A stretch of 64,000 nt of DNA, from assembly GCA_003235575.1 (NCBI GenBank), contig QJVW01000094.1, positions 7,657-71,656 on the forward strand, in the 5' to 3' direction. The position numbers were made by a program, and so were the translations under genes. The notes under the pieces were generated by a model. The model ran no database searches and was not told the DNA's origin. It saw only the letters and a list, made by a program, of their open reading frames with translations. Source of the stretch: Candidatus Eiseniibacteriota bacterium. GTDB taxonomy: Bacteria > Eisenbacteria > RBG-16-71-46 > SZUA-252. Shown here piece by piece: positions 9,807 through 19,023 of this stretch (its first letter is position 1; each line of letters begins with the position of its first letter).

Positions 9807-11288
9807 CTAGTCCTCGGCCTCTTCGGGTTTGCCGAGCATCGTGGAGAACATGTCGGTGTAGGCGAGCGCGGCCGTGTCCGTCCGCTCCTTCGCCAGGATC
9901 GAGCTCTGGTGGAGCGCCTCCAGCACGAACTCCATGGCCGTCGGCAGCTCCACGCCGTCGCGCGCGGGGAGGTAGCGCTTGGAAAGATCCTCGAGGCCCG
10001 CCACCTGCGCCAGGCGCTGGTGGAATTCGCGCGTCGGCAGATCGTCCGAGATCTCGATCTTCTTTCCCTGGGCGAACCAGCGGAGGATGGGGTCGTACTC
10101 CGACGCCGCGCCTTCGCCCTTCTCCTTGACCTTGTACGCGTCGGGGAAGTACTTCACGAAGATTTCCTTCACGCCCTTTCCGATCAGGTGCTTGGCGACC
10201 GCGACGGCGCCCTCCTGCTCGCCTTCGTAGACCAACTCGACCTTGCCGGTGATCGAGGCGATCCCCTGCTGGAAGTCGCAGATGCGCACCGCCACGCGGC
10301 GTTCGCCGTGCCGAATCGCGCGTCGCTCGGCGTTCGAGATCAGGCACTCCAGGAGGGAAATCGTCATCCGGACGCTGACGCCGCTCGACTGGTCCACATA
10401 GGAGGATTTGCGGGCCTGGATCGCGACGGTTTCCACGAGTTCGCGGATGTAGTCGGGAACGGAGACCTCGATCCCCCCGGGACGCTTCACCCACGCCTCC
10501 TGCGCGGTGACCTGCATCGCGTCCTCTACGTTGAAGGGGTAGTGGGTCATGATCTGCGACGCGATGCGGTCGCGGAGCGGCGTGATGATGTTGCCGCGGT
10601 TCGTATAGTCCTCCGGATTCGCCGAGAAGACGATCTGGATGTCCAGCGGAAGGCGGATCGGAAATCCCCGGACCTGGACGTCTTTTTCCTCGAGGATGTT
10701 CAACAGCCCCACCTGGATGCGCGGCTGGAGGTCGGGGAGCTCGTTGATCGCGAAGATCCCGCGGTTGGTGCGCGGGATGATGCCGTAGTGCATCACCTCG
10801 GGGTCGGAGTAGGAAAGGCGCCGATTCGCCGCCTTGATCGGATCGATGTCCCCGATCAGGTCGGCGATCGTCACGTCGGGCGTCGCCAGCTTTTCCCGGT
10901 AGCGTTCATCGCGATGAACCCAGCGAACCTTCACTTCGTCCCCGGATTCCGCCACGCGCCGCGTGCACGCGTGGCACAGCGGTCCGAGCGGGTCGTCGTT
11001 CAGATCGCAGCCGTCGACGGCGGGCACCCACTCGTCCAGGAACCGCGAGAGGCTGCGCAGCAGCCGCGTCTTCGCCTGGCCGCGCAGTCCGAGCAGGATG
11101 AAGTCGTGGCCGCTCAGGATCGCGTTCTCGATCTGGGGGATCACGGTCCGGTCGTAGCCGATGATCCCGGGGAAGAGGGTGTCGCCCCGCCCGATGGCGG
11201 CGACCAGGTTCTGGCGCATCTCCTCCTTCACCGTGCGTGGCTGGTGTCCGCTAACTCTAAGCTGTTGAATCGTTTGTGGGCGGCTCAT
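9807..11288 (-). CDS. Magnesium-chelatase ChlI-like AAA+ ATPase
   Basis: Variant Walker A GLRGQAKT, EKLATPD, DLIGDIDPIK, variant Walker B FAINELPDL, SANPEDYTNRG, LRDR. Confidence 0.85.
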   Translation of the reverse strand: MSRPQTIQQLRVSGHQPRTVKEEMRQNLVAAIGRGDTLFPGIIGYDRTVIPQIENAILSGHDFILLGLRGQAKTRLLRSLSRFLDEWVPAVDGCDLNDDPLGPLCHACTRRVAESGDEVKVRWVHRDERYREKLATPDVTIADLIGDIDPIKAANRRLSYSDPEVMHYGIIPRTNRGIFAINELPDLQPRIQVGLLNILEEKDVQVRGFPIRLPLDIQIVFSANPEDYTNRGNIITPLRDRIASQIMTHYPFNVEDAMQVTAQEAWVKRPGGIEVSVPDYIRELVETVAIQARKSSYVDQSSGVSVRMTISLLECLISNAERRAIRHGERRVAVRICDFQQGIASITGKVELVYEGEQEGAVAVAKHLIGKGVKEIFVKYFPDAYKVKEKGEGAASEYDPILRWFAQGKKIEISDDLPTREFHQRLAQVAGLEDLSKRYLPARDGVELPTAMEFVLEALHQSSILAKERTDTAALAYTDMFSTMLGKPEEAED

Positions 11289-11407
11289 GGTGCTCCGTCG
11301 GGTCAGGGTTCGGGCCGTCGTTCGCGTGCGTCGAGCGTACCGTTAGATGCGTCCCGGGACAAGGTCGGCGGGGAAAACCGCGGATGGACCGGATATCAAA
11401 ATATAAG

Positions 11408-11436
11408 TTGACCGAAACGCCCACTTTGCCGAAAAT
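11408..11436 (+). promoter_or_regulatory. sigma70-like promoter of lrp-lat
   Basis: TTGACC-N17-GAAAAT with an AT-rich upstream segment. Confidence 0.45.
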
Positions 11437-11445
11437 TATTAGGCG

Positions 11446-11943
11446 ATGGTGAAAGAACGTCGAAATAAAGAAGGCAACGGCTACGTTCTGGACGGAATCG
11501 ACCGGAAAATTCTCGCGCTCCTACAGGACAACGCCAAGATGCCGCAGGCCGTGGTGGCGAAGAAAGTGGGGCTGACCGCTCCATCGATCCACGACCGGAT
11601 TCGAAAGCTGGAGGGCGAGGGCTACATCCGCGGATACGTCGCCGTGCTCGATCCACACAAGATGGGCCAGGAGATCACGGCGTTCGTGGAGGTCTTCGTC
11701 GAGCATCCGAAATTCGAGGACCATTTCATCAAGGCCGTGAGCACGCTGGACGAAGTGCTCGAGTGCCATCACATCACGGGCGAGTTTTCGATCCTGCTCA
11801 AGATTCGCGTCCCCGACATGGCCGCGTTTCGCCGGCTCCTGATCGAACACCTCAACACGCTCCGCGGGGTGCGCCAGACGCGCACGGTGATGGTTCTCGC
11901 CACGGCGAAGGAGCAGCGTCGCCTCCGGGTGGATGCAACGTAG
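11446..11943 (+). CDS. Lrp/AsnC family transcriptional regulator
   Basis: LDGIDRKILALLQDNA helix-turn-helix region, RIRKLEGEGYIRGY, ECHHITGE. Confidence 0.93.
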   Translation: MVKERRNKEGNGYVLDGIDRKILALLQDNAKMPQAVVAKKVGLTAPSIHDRIRKLEGEGYIRGYVAVLDPHKMGQEITAFVEVFVEHPKFEDHFIKAVSTLDEVLECHHITGEFSILLKIRVPDMAAFRRLLIEHLNTLRGVRQTRTVMVLATAKEQRRLRVDAT

Positions 11944-12007
11944 GACCGCAGGTCCGATCGATAACGTAGACCACGAACCGACACAAGGAACGAGAGGAGC
12001 ACACATC

Positions 12008-13363
12008 ATGAACCCGATCAGCACCGGCGCGAGCGTCCACGTGACGCCGGACAAGGTCCACGCCACGCTCGCCAAGCACATGCTCGCCGACGGCTTCGAC
12101 ATGGTCCTGGATCTGGAGAAGAGCGAAGGCGTCTGGCTCCACGACGGGCGGAGCGGGAAGAAGATGATGGACTTCTTTTCCTTCTTCGCGTCGAACCCGG
12201 TGGGAATGAACCATCCCGGCATGAAGACGCCGGAGTTCCAGGCGCGGCTGCTCAAGGCGGCGCTCCACAACGTGACCAACAGCGACGTCTACACGACGGA
12301 GTTCGCCGAATTCGTGGAGACGTTCGCGCGCCACACCATGGGCGGCGGGTTCCGGCACGCCTTCTTCGTGGCCGGCGGCACGCTGGGCGTCGAGAACGCC
12401 CTCAAGGCCGCCTTCGACTGGAAGGTCCGCAAGAACTTCGCGCGCGGCTACCGCGAGGAGCGGGGCACCCGCGTGCTGCACTTCGACCAGGCGTTCCACG
12501 GCCGCTCGGGCTACACGCTCTCGCTGACCAACACGACCGACCCGCGGAAAACCGCCTACTTCCCGAAATTCGAGTGGCCGCGCGTCACCAACCCGAAGGC
12601 CGCGTTCCCGCTCACGGACGACCGGATCGCCGACGTGAAGGCGCGGGAGGCCCTCGCCGTGGCGCAGATGGAGCGCGCGTTCGCCAAGTACCCGGATGAA
12701 ATCGCCGCCATCATCATCGAGCCCATCCAGGGCGAGGGCGGCGACAACCACTTCCGTCCGGAGTTCTTCCGGGAGCTTCGTCGCATCGCCGACCAGCACG
12801 AAGCGATGCTCGTGTTCGACGAAGTGCAGGCGGGCTTCGGTCTCACGGGGAAGTTCTGGGCCTTCGAGCACTACGGCGTGAAGCCGGACATGGTCGCCTT
12901 CGGCAAGAAGGCGCAGGTCTGCGGCTTCATCGCGAACGAGCGTATCGACGACGTGGCGGACAACGTGTTCCACGTGTCGAGCCGCATCAACTCGACCTGG
13001 GGCGGCAACCTGGTCGACATGATCCGCTGCCAGCGCTATCTGGAGATCATGGCGGAGGAGAAGCTGGTGGAGAACGCGGCCGCTCGCGGCGCGGAGCTCC
13101 TGACCGGTCTCGAAGCCCTGGTGAAGGAATTCCCCGAGCACGTCATGAACGCACGAGGCAAGGGCCTCATGTGCGCGTTCGACCTGCGCGACGGGGCGCT
13201 GCGGGATCAGGTGATCGCCAACGCCGGCGACATGGGGGTCGTCGTCCTTGGGTGCGGCCCGCAGTCGATCCGCTTCCGGCCGCCTCTCATCATCACCAAG
13301 GCCGAGATCGCGGAGGGACTCGACAAGTTCCGCGAGAGCATCAAGAAGGCGATCGGGCGGTAG
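12008..13363 (+). CDS. lat: L-lysine 6-transaminase (class III PLP aminotransferase)
   Basis: HMLADGFD, GTLGVENALKAAFDWK, AFHGRSGYTLSLTNT, EPIQGEGGD, FDEVQ, FGKK, SSRINSTWGG. ATG 12008 follows GAGGAG. Confidence 0.92.
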   Translation: MNPISTGASVHVTPDKVHATLAKHMLADGFDMVLDLEKSEGVWLHDGRSGKKMMDFFSFFASNPVGMNHPGMKTPEFQARLLKAALHNVTNSDVYTTEFAEFVETFARHTMGGGFRHAFFVAGGTLGVENALKAAFDWKVRKNFARGYREERGTRVLHFDQAFHGRSGYTLSLTNTTDPRKTAYFPKFEWPRVTNPKAAFPLTDDRIADVKAREALAVAQMERAFAKYPDEIAAIIIEPIQGEGGDNHFRPEFFRELRRIADQHEAMLVFDEVQAGFGLTGKFWAFEHYGVKPDMVAFGKKAQVCGFIANERIDDVADNVFHVSSRINSTWGGNLVDMIRCQRYLEIMAEEKLVENAAARGAELLTGLEALVKEFPEHVMNARGKGLMCAFDLRDGALRDQVIANAGDMGVVVLGCGPQSIRFRPPLIITKAEIAEGLDKFRESIKKAIGR

Positions 13364-13388
13364 ACCGCGGCACATCGGTTGGAGGAGG

Positions 13389-13415
13389 AAGGGGGCGCCA
13401 CGCGGCGCCCCCTTT
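13389..13415. terminator. Hairpin between convergent lat and MFS genes, probable terminator
   Basis: AAGGGGGCGCC-ACGC-GGCGCCCCCTT, an 11-bp stem with short T runs on both strands. Confidence 0.6.
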
Positions 13416-13474
13416 GCCGTTGATCCCGGTACGAGGGGCGGCCCGCGCGACAGCCGCGAATTGTCGCGTCGCGC

Positions 13475-14692
13475 CTAGACGGAAGTCGGGGCTCGATCCC
13501 GCCGCGGGAGCGATCGCGTGAACCACGAAGCCGCGATGAGGATCGCGCCACCAATCCACAGCGGGCTGGTCGGCCCCGCCGTATCGAACGCCAGCCCGCC
13601 GAGGGACGGTCCGATGGTTCTCGCCAGGCTTCCGAGCGCCTGGTAGACGCCCAGGACCAAGCCCTGGTCGGCGGCCACCGTCGCGATGGAGGCGAGGCCG
13701 GCGAGCGAGGGGCTGGCGAGTCCGTTCCCGATCGCCACGGCCGCCAGGGTCACGAGCAACCACGCGAAGGGAGGCGCCGTCGACGCCGCGATCATGCCGG
13801 CGCCCAAGCAGAGGAATCCCCCTCGAACGAGCGCGGGCTCGCCGAACCGCTTGGCGAACATCCCCACGAGACCGCCCTGCATCACGACGATGATGATTCC
13901 CATGTACCCCAGCAGATAGCCGACGTTCGCCGCGGTCAGGCCGTACCGATCATGGCCGAATAGGGCGAAGGTCGCCTCCAGTCCGGAGAAGCAGAGCGTC
14001 GCGAGAAAGAAGAGAAGGAGAACGGGCCGCACCGCCCGCCTGGAAAACGCTTCGACGAACGCCGATCGGAGGGGCGGCCGCTCCTTTCGCCGCGCCGCGG
14101 CCTCGGCGCGGGCCGCCGCGGGAAGCGACTCCGGGAGCAGGAAGAACGCGAGCACGGCCGCGGCGAACGCCAGGGCCGCCGAGGCAAAGGCGGGAACCGA
14201 ATAGCCGTAGTGGCTGAGCGCGCCGCCCATCGCCGGACCGAAGGTGAAGCCCAGCCCGAGCGCCGCGCCGATCATGCCCATCCCCTTCGTCCGCTCCTCG
14301 GGCGTCGTCGTGTCCGCGATGTACGTCTGCGCCGTCGGCAACACCGCCCCCGCGATCCCGGCCAGGATCCGGGAGGCGAAGAGGAGGGGGAGCGAGTGGG
14401 CGAGTCCGAAGACGACGTACGATCCCGCCGTCACGAGGAGGCTGCCCAGCAGGATGGGGCGACGGCCCACGCGATCCGATAGCCGGCCCCAGATCGGCGA
14501 GAAGAGGAACTGGAAGAACGAGAACGAAGAGGACAGCAACCCGACCACGAACCCGGTCGCGCCGTATTCCAGCGCGTAATAGGGGAGGATCGGAAGCAGC
14601 AGTCCGAAGCCGAGGAGGTGGACGAAGACCGTGAGAAAGAGCGCGAGGCGTGGTCCGAAACCCGGCCCGCTCGCTCCCGAGGAAGATGGCAT
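13475..14692 (-). CDS. MFS transporter, TetA/DHA1-like
   Basis: About 12 TM helices; motif A WGRLSDRVGRRP; YIADTT; GPAMGG. Confidence 0.9.
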   Translation of the reverse strand: MPSSSGASGPGFGPRLALFLTVFVHLLGFGLLLPILPYYALEYGATGFVVGLLSSSFSFFQFLFSPIWGRLSDRVGRRPILLGSLLVTAGSYVVFGLAHSLPLLFASRILAGIAGAVLPTAQTYIADTTTPEERTKGMGMIGAALGLGFTFGPAMGGALSHYGYSVPAFASAALAFAAAVLAFFLLPESLPAAARAEAAARRKERPPLRSAFVEAFSRRAVRPVLLLFFLATLCFSGLEATFALFGHDRYGLTAANVGYLLGYMGIIIVVMQGGLVGMFAKRFGEPALVRGGFLCLGAGMIAASTAPPFAWLLVTLAAVAIGNGLASPSLAGLASIATVAADQGLVLGVYQALGSLARTIGPSLGGLAFDTAGPTSPLWIGGAILIAASWFTRSLPRRDRAPTSV

Positions 14693-14698
14693 CGCGGG

Positions 14699-14711
14699 AT
14701 TCTACTACAAT
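14699..14711. promoter_or_regulatory. Back-to-back -10 elements for divergent, probably leaderless MFS and mpg transcripts
   Basis: TAGAAT on the minus strand (14699-14704) is 6 nt from ATG 14692; TACAAT on the plus strand (14706-14711) is 6 nt from ATG 14718. Confidence 0.6.
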
Positions 14712-14717
14712 GGGCGC

Positions 14718-15365
14718 ATGCCCCCGCCGCTTCCGCGATCCTTCTACGCGCGCGACACCGTCACGGTCGCTCGGGACCTTCTCGGATGCGTGCTCGCGCG
14801 GCGTCTTCCCGGGGGGGAGGTCCTGCGCGCCCGCATCGTCGAGACGGAAGCCTACGTCGGCGAGGAGGACAAGGCGTGCCACGCCAAGGCCGGCCGCACG
14901 CCTCGCACCGACGTGATGTACGGTCCGCCGGGAGTCGCCTACGTCTACCTGACCTACGGCATGCACCACCTGCTCAACGCGGTGACCGAGCCCGAGGGAT
15001 ATCCGGCCGCGGTCCTGATCCGCGCCGCGGAACCGCTCGAGGGCCTCGCGCGCATGGAACGCGCGCGTGGCACCGATCGTCCCCATCTTCTCGCGAGCGG
15101 TCCCGCGCGATTGACGCAGGCGTTCGGTCTCGACCTCCGGCACAATCGCGAGGGCCTGCGTGGCCCCGTACTGTGGATCGAGCAGGGCGCGCCCGTGGCC
15201 GAACGCGACGTCGCCACCTCCGCGCGGATCGGATGTCAGACCGCGCCCGCACCCTGGGACGCGATGCCGTGGCGATGGTACGAACGGCGTAGCCGGTTCG
15301 TCTCGCCGGGGCGCGTCCGAAACGGCGAAACTCAAGGTGGCAAACCAAGGCGGCATCGGGAATAA
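14718..15365 (+). CDS. mpg: DNA-3-methyladenine glycosylase (MPG/AAG family)
   Basis: ARDLLG, IVETEAY, DKACHA, AYVYLTYGMHH, AVLIRAAEP, SGPARL. Confidence 0.92.
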   Translation: MPPPLPRSFYARDTVTVARDLLGCVLARRLPGGEVLRARIVETEAYVGEEDKACHAKAGRTPRTDVMYGPPGVAYVYLTYGMHHLLNAVTEPEGYPAAVLIRAAEPLEGLARMERARGTDRPHLLASGPARLTQAFGLDLRHNREGLRGPVLWIEQGAPVAERDVATSARIGCQTAPAPWDAMPWRWYERRSRFVSPGRVRNGETQGGKPRRHRE

Positions 15366-15433
15366 TGGGGGTTCCCCCCGCCGTCCCGCAGGCCGGCGGG
15401 CGATTCAACTTCCTTCATCGTGCGAGGCCGACC

Positions 15434-16693
15434 GTGGCTGGATTCTTGAGTGAACAGAACGTGATGTGGCGGGATCGCGCACGCGCGGTCGCCGATAAGG
15501 TCGTTCGCCCGCTCGCGGCGAAATACGACGAACTCCAGGAATATCCGTGGGAGATCCGGGACGCGCTGGCGGAAGCGGGGCTCATGGGCGTCTGGATTCC
15601 CAAGGAGTACGGCGGCGCGGGCGGCGGCGTCATCGACCTCTGCCTCTGCGTGGAGGAGCTGTCGCGCGCCTGCGGCGGCGTCGGCGTCCTCTATGCCGTC
15701 AATGCGCTCGGCTCCTTCCCGATTTTGGTCGGCGGCACCGACGAACAGAAGCAGCGCTTCCTGCCCGGCATCGCCAAGGGCGAACGCCTCATCTCCTTCG
15801 GCCTGTCGGAGAAGTATGCCGGAAGCGACGCGGGCAGCCTTCACGCGCGCGCGGTCCGGGACGGGGACGATTGGGTGCTGAACGGCGAGAAGAAGTGGAA
15901 CACCAACGGCGGCGCCGCCGACCTCTACACCGTCTTCGCCGTCAGCGACCCGAATTCGAAATCGCGCCGCATCAGCGCGTTCCTGGTCGAGAAGGGCACC
16001 CCCGGATTCCGGATCGGGAAGGTCGAGGACAAGATGGGCATCCGGTGCGTGCCGGTGGTCGAGCTGCACTTCGAGAACTGCCGCGTTCCCGCGAAGAATC
16101 TCCTCGGCGAAGCGCCGGGCATGGGATTCCGGCAGGCGATGCAGACGCTGGATCGCGCCCGGCCCGGCGTCGCCTCTCAAGGCGTGGGCCTCGCGGCCGG
16201 TGCGCTCGAGTTCGCGACGGTCTACGCGGGTCGTCGCGAGCAGTTCGGATCCCCGATCGTCTCGTTCCAGATGATCCAGGCGATGCTGGCGGACATGGCC
16301 ACGCGCGTGGAGGCGGCGCGGCACCTCGTCTATGCGGCGGCGAAAGCGGTCGACGACGGCGCCCCCAACCTCTCGAAGCTGGCCGCGATGTGCAAGTTGT
16401 TCGCCACGGATACGGCCATGCAGGTCACGACGGACGCCGTGCAGGTGTTCGGCGGATACGGCTACATGAAGGACTACCCCATCGAGAAGTACATGCGCGA
16501 CGCGAAGATCACGCAGATCTACGAGGGCACGAACCAAGTGCAGCGGCTGGTCGTCGCGCGCTCGCTCATCAAGGAGGCGCACGCGCTCAAGCACCTTCTC
16601 GATTACATCCCCAAGGAAGTCCAGCAGGGCTACAACGATCCCGACACGATCGCGAAGCGGACGGAGACACCCACGGGAGCCGCGACGAGCTAG
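15434..16693 (+). CDS. Acyl-CoA dehydrogenase
   Basis: FGLSEKYAGSDA, LNGEKKW, EDKMGIR, RREQFG, FGGYGYMKDYPIEKYMRDAKITQIYEGTNQ. GTG 15434 chosen as the start. Confidence 0.92.
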   Translation: MAGFLSEQNVMWRDRARAVADKVVRPLAAKYDELQEYPWEIRDALAEAGLMGVWIPKEYGGAGGGVIDLCLCVEELSRACGGVGVLYAVNALGSFPILVGGTDEQKQRFLPGIAKGERLISFGLSEKYAGSDAGSLHARAVRDGDDWVLNGEKKWNTNGGAADLYTVFAVSDPNSKSRRISAFLVEKGTPGFRIGKVEDKMGIRCVPVVELHFENCRVPAKNLLGEAPGMGFRQAMQTLDRARPGVASQGVGLAAGALEFATVYAGRREQFGSPIVSFQMIQAMLADMATRVEAARHLVYAAAKAVDDGAPNLSKLAAMCKLFATDTAMQVTTDAVQVFGGYGYMKDYPIEKYMRDAKITQIYEGTNQVQRLVVARSLIKEAHALKHLLDYIPKEVQQGYNDPDTIAKRTETPTGAATS

Positions 16694-16713
16694 CGATGTC
16701 GCACGGGAGCGCC

Positions 16714-17202
16714 ATGAACGAGACGAAGACCGAGACCGGCCGGCTGCGTGCCGGGGATCGCGCGCCGGACTTCACGCTGCAGGATCAGACCGGCAAGCCC
16801 GTGACGCTGTCCTCCTTCCAGGGAAAGAAGAACGTCGTCCTCGTCTTCTACCCCGAATCCTTCACCAGCATCTGCTCCGTCCAGATGCCGGGGTACAACC
16901 AGGATCATCAGCGCTGGGAGGACCTGGAGGCTCAGGTCCTCGGCATTTCGGTCGACTCGGCGCCGGTCCACAAGGCGTTCGCGGAATACATCGGCGGCAT
17001 CGACTTTCCGCTCCTGGCAGACTTCTACCCTCACGGGGCGGTCGCCGAGGCCTACGGCGTCTTGCGCGCCAACGGCGTGGCGGAACGCGCGACGATCGTC
17101 ATCGACAAGCAGGGCATCGTACGGCACGTGGAAGTGCATCCGATCGGCGGCGTACCCGATCGCACTCCCGCCATCGAGGCGCTGCGGGCTCTGGGGCGCT
17201 GA
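16714..17202 (+). CDS. Peroxiredoxin (AhpE-like, 1-Cys)
   Basis: APDFTL, FYPESFTSIC (PxxxTxxC), GISVDS, FPLLADF, ERATIVIDK. ATG 16714 follows GGGAG; 16696 is an alternative start. Confidence 0.88.
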   Translation: MNETKTETGRLRAGDRAPDFTLQDQTGKPVTLSSFQGKKNVVLVFYPESFTSICSVQMPGYNQDHQRWEDLEAQVLGISVDSAPVHKAFAEYIGGIDFPLLADFYPHGAVAEAYGVLRANGVAERATIVIDKQGIVRHVEVHPIGGVPDRTPAIEALRALGR

Positions 17203-17996
17203 TGCGAGGAGTGCTCTCACTCCTCCTTGCCGCGTCCGCCGTCGTGCTGTCGCCCGCCCCGCGTGCGGGCGCGTCCGCCCCGCCTCCGGCGGACATCGAT
17301 GCCGAGAGCGAGCCGATCGTCCGCGCCCTGACCGACGCCATGGGGGGCCAGGCGGCGTGGGACCAACTCCCCTGCGTTCGCTTCGACTTCGTGGTCGTTC
17401 GCGATGGCAAGGAAGCCGTGCGCGCGCGGCACTGGTGGGACAAGCGCCACGGTCGCTGCCGCGTGGAGGGGAAGGACGGCAAGGGTCGGCAGGTGACCGC
17501 GATCTTCGATCTGGCCGATCGCAAGGGGTTGGCCTTCATCGACGGCATCGGCGAGTCGGATCCCAAGCAGGTCGCCGATGTCCTGACGTTCGGCTACGAG
17601 CGCTGGGTCAACGACACCTACTGGCTGATCATGCCCTTCAAGCTTCACGATCCGGGCGTGCGGCTTCGCTACGCGCGGTCGGCGCGAACCGAGAAGGGCT
17701 CGTATGACGTCCTCGAGCTATCCTTCGCGCCGGGCACCGGTCTCACCTCCGAGGACCGGTACTGGCTCTACGTGAACAAGGAGACCCACTTGATCGATCG
17801 GTGGGAATACCTCCTCACCGGGCGAAAGCCGCCTCCCAAGGCGGCGAGTTGGGAGGCATGGTCCCGTGTGGGGACAGTCCTGCTCCCGATGCAGCGGAGA
17901 TTCGAGAATTCGAACGACATGCTCCGGTTCGAAAACCTCGGAGCCCCCCAAGCCTTTGATGAAACTGTATTTACGTATTCCTCGGTTCGCGACTGA
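17202..17996 (+). CDS. Secreted hypothetical protein, possibly LolA-like beta fold
   Basis: Signal peptide; AMGGQAAW, NDTYWLIMPFKLHDPGV, DRYWLY. Start overlaps the peroxiredoxin stop (TGATG). Confidence 0.7.
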   Translation: MRGVLSLLLAASAVVLSPAPRAGASAPPPADIDAESEPIVRALTDAMGGQAAWDQLPCVRFDFVVVRDGKEAVRARHWWDKRHGRCRVEGKDGKGRQVTAIFDLADRKGLAFIDGIGESDPKQVADVLTFGYERWVNDTYWLIMPFKLHDPGVRLRYARSARTEKGSYDVLELSFAPGTGLTSEDRYWLYVNKETHLIDRWEYLLTGRKPPPKAASWEAWSRVGTVLLPMQRRFENSNDMLRFENLGAPQAFDETVFTYSSVRD

Positions 17997-18064
17997 GGGC
18001 CCCGTGGGCCGCAGTTCGTAGCCGATTTGCCGCCCTGCAGACGATCCCCGGCCACTCCCCCTCC

Positions 18065-18093
18065 TTGAACCCTAGGCCGATTGCCGTTAGGAT
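18065..18093 (+). promoter_or_regulatory. sigma70-like promoter of bcp-pyk
   Basis: TTGAAC-N17-TAGGAT, followed by a leader hairpin at 18109-18141 and an AT-rich box. Confidence 0.55.
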
Positions 18094-18179
18094 GCCGCCA
18101 ACGCGAGTGCGGGTTTCGCCGGCCCATCCTTGGCGAACCGCTTAAATATAACTAATACAATGACATACGGGGGATTCTG

Positions 18180-19022
18180 GTGACTCCAGCAAGCACCAAG
18201 AAGCGTCCGGCCGCGAAAAAGGCCAAGAAGGCCGTCAAGGGCAAGGCGAAGGCAAGGACCAAGCCGACGACGGCGCGATCCAAGGTGAAAAAGGCAGCCC
18301 CCAAGGCCGGAAAATCCTCCAAGAAATCCACCGCGACGAAGCCGGCAGCGAAGGCGAAGACGAAGGCAAAGGTGAAAGCCGAGCCGCGCGCCGCGGCGGG
18401 CGCGGCATCCGCGGCCGCCCGGGCGAAGCCGGCCGCCGCGCCGCGTTCCGCGTCGAAGAGCCGGGCGGCGGCCGCCACCGCGTCGGGAACCGCCACGCCG
18501 TCCCCGATGCCTCCGCCGTCCCGTCGCAGGCCGAAGCCGGGGTCTCCCGATTGGCCGGGTGAGAACCTCACCGTCGGCATGGAGGCGCCCGACTTCTCGC
18601 TTCCCAGCACCGGGGGCAACCGGGTCACGATGAGCGAGTTCCGGGGAAGGCGCGTGGTCCTCTATTTCTATCCGAAGGACGACACGCCCGGTTGCACCAT
18701 GGAGGCCTGCGCGTTCCGCGACAACATCGACCGGATCGTGGCGAAGGATGCGGTCATTCTGGGAATCAGCCTCGACGACGAGCTGAGCCACCAGCGATTC
18801 GCGCAGAAGTACAACCTCCCGTTCCCGTTGCTATCCGACGTCGATGCGGCCATCTCGCGGCGCTACGGCACGTACAAGGAGAAGAACCTCTACGGGCGTA
18901 CTTTCTGGGGGATCGAGCGGACGACGTTCGTCATCGATCGCGACGGAAAGGTGGAAAACGTATTTCGGCGCGTGAAGGTCGAGGGGCACGCCGAAGAGGT
19001 TCTCGCCACGCTCTCGGTCTGA
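18180..19022 (+). CDS. bcp: BCP/PrxQ thioredoxin-dependent peroxiredoxin with a long Lys/Ala-rich, histone-H1-like N-terminal extension
   Basis: VVLYFYPKDDTPGCTMEACAFRD and GIERTTFVID; the N-terminal ~120 aa read KKRPAAKKAKKAVKGKAKA... in the same frame. Confidence 0.88.
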   Translation: MTPASTKKRPAAKKAKKAVKGKAKARTKPTTARSKVKKAAPKAGKSSKKSTATKPAAKAKTKAKVKAEPRAAAGAASAAARAKPAAAPRSASKSRAAAATASGTATPSPMPPPSRRRPKPGSPDWPGENLTVGMEAPDFSLPSTGGNRVTMSEFRGRRVVLYFYPKDDTPGCTMEACAFRDNIDRIVAKDAVILGISLDDELSHQRFAQKYNLPFPLLSDVDAAISRRYGTYKEKNLYGRTFWGIERTTFVIDRDGKVENVFRRVKVEGHAEEVLATLSV

Positions 19023-19023
19023 C

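Noticed and set aside
7666-10494. Apparent 942-aa fusion ending in HpnC, and similar N-terminal extensions on mutY, hpnD, the AhpE-like Prx, ETF-QO and ccmD
   Set aside because: The extensions are alternative frames of the upstream genes; real starts with an RBS or stop/start overlap lie downstream.
8673-11288. Chlorophyll or cobalamin chelatase, or a MoxR/VWA defence system
   Set aside because: No large chelatase subunit or effector gene is nearby; the pair matches a widespread housekeeping ChlI-like/VWA type.
16714-17202. Possible selenocysteine recoding in the peroxiredoxins or the HesB-family protein
   Set aside because: The active-site codons are Cys codons and no in-frame TGA is present.
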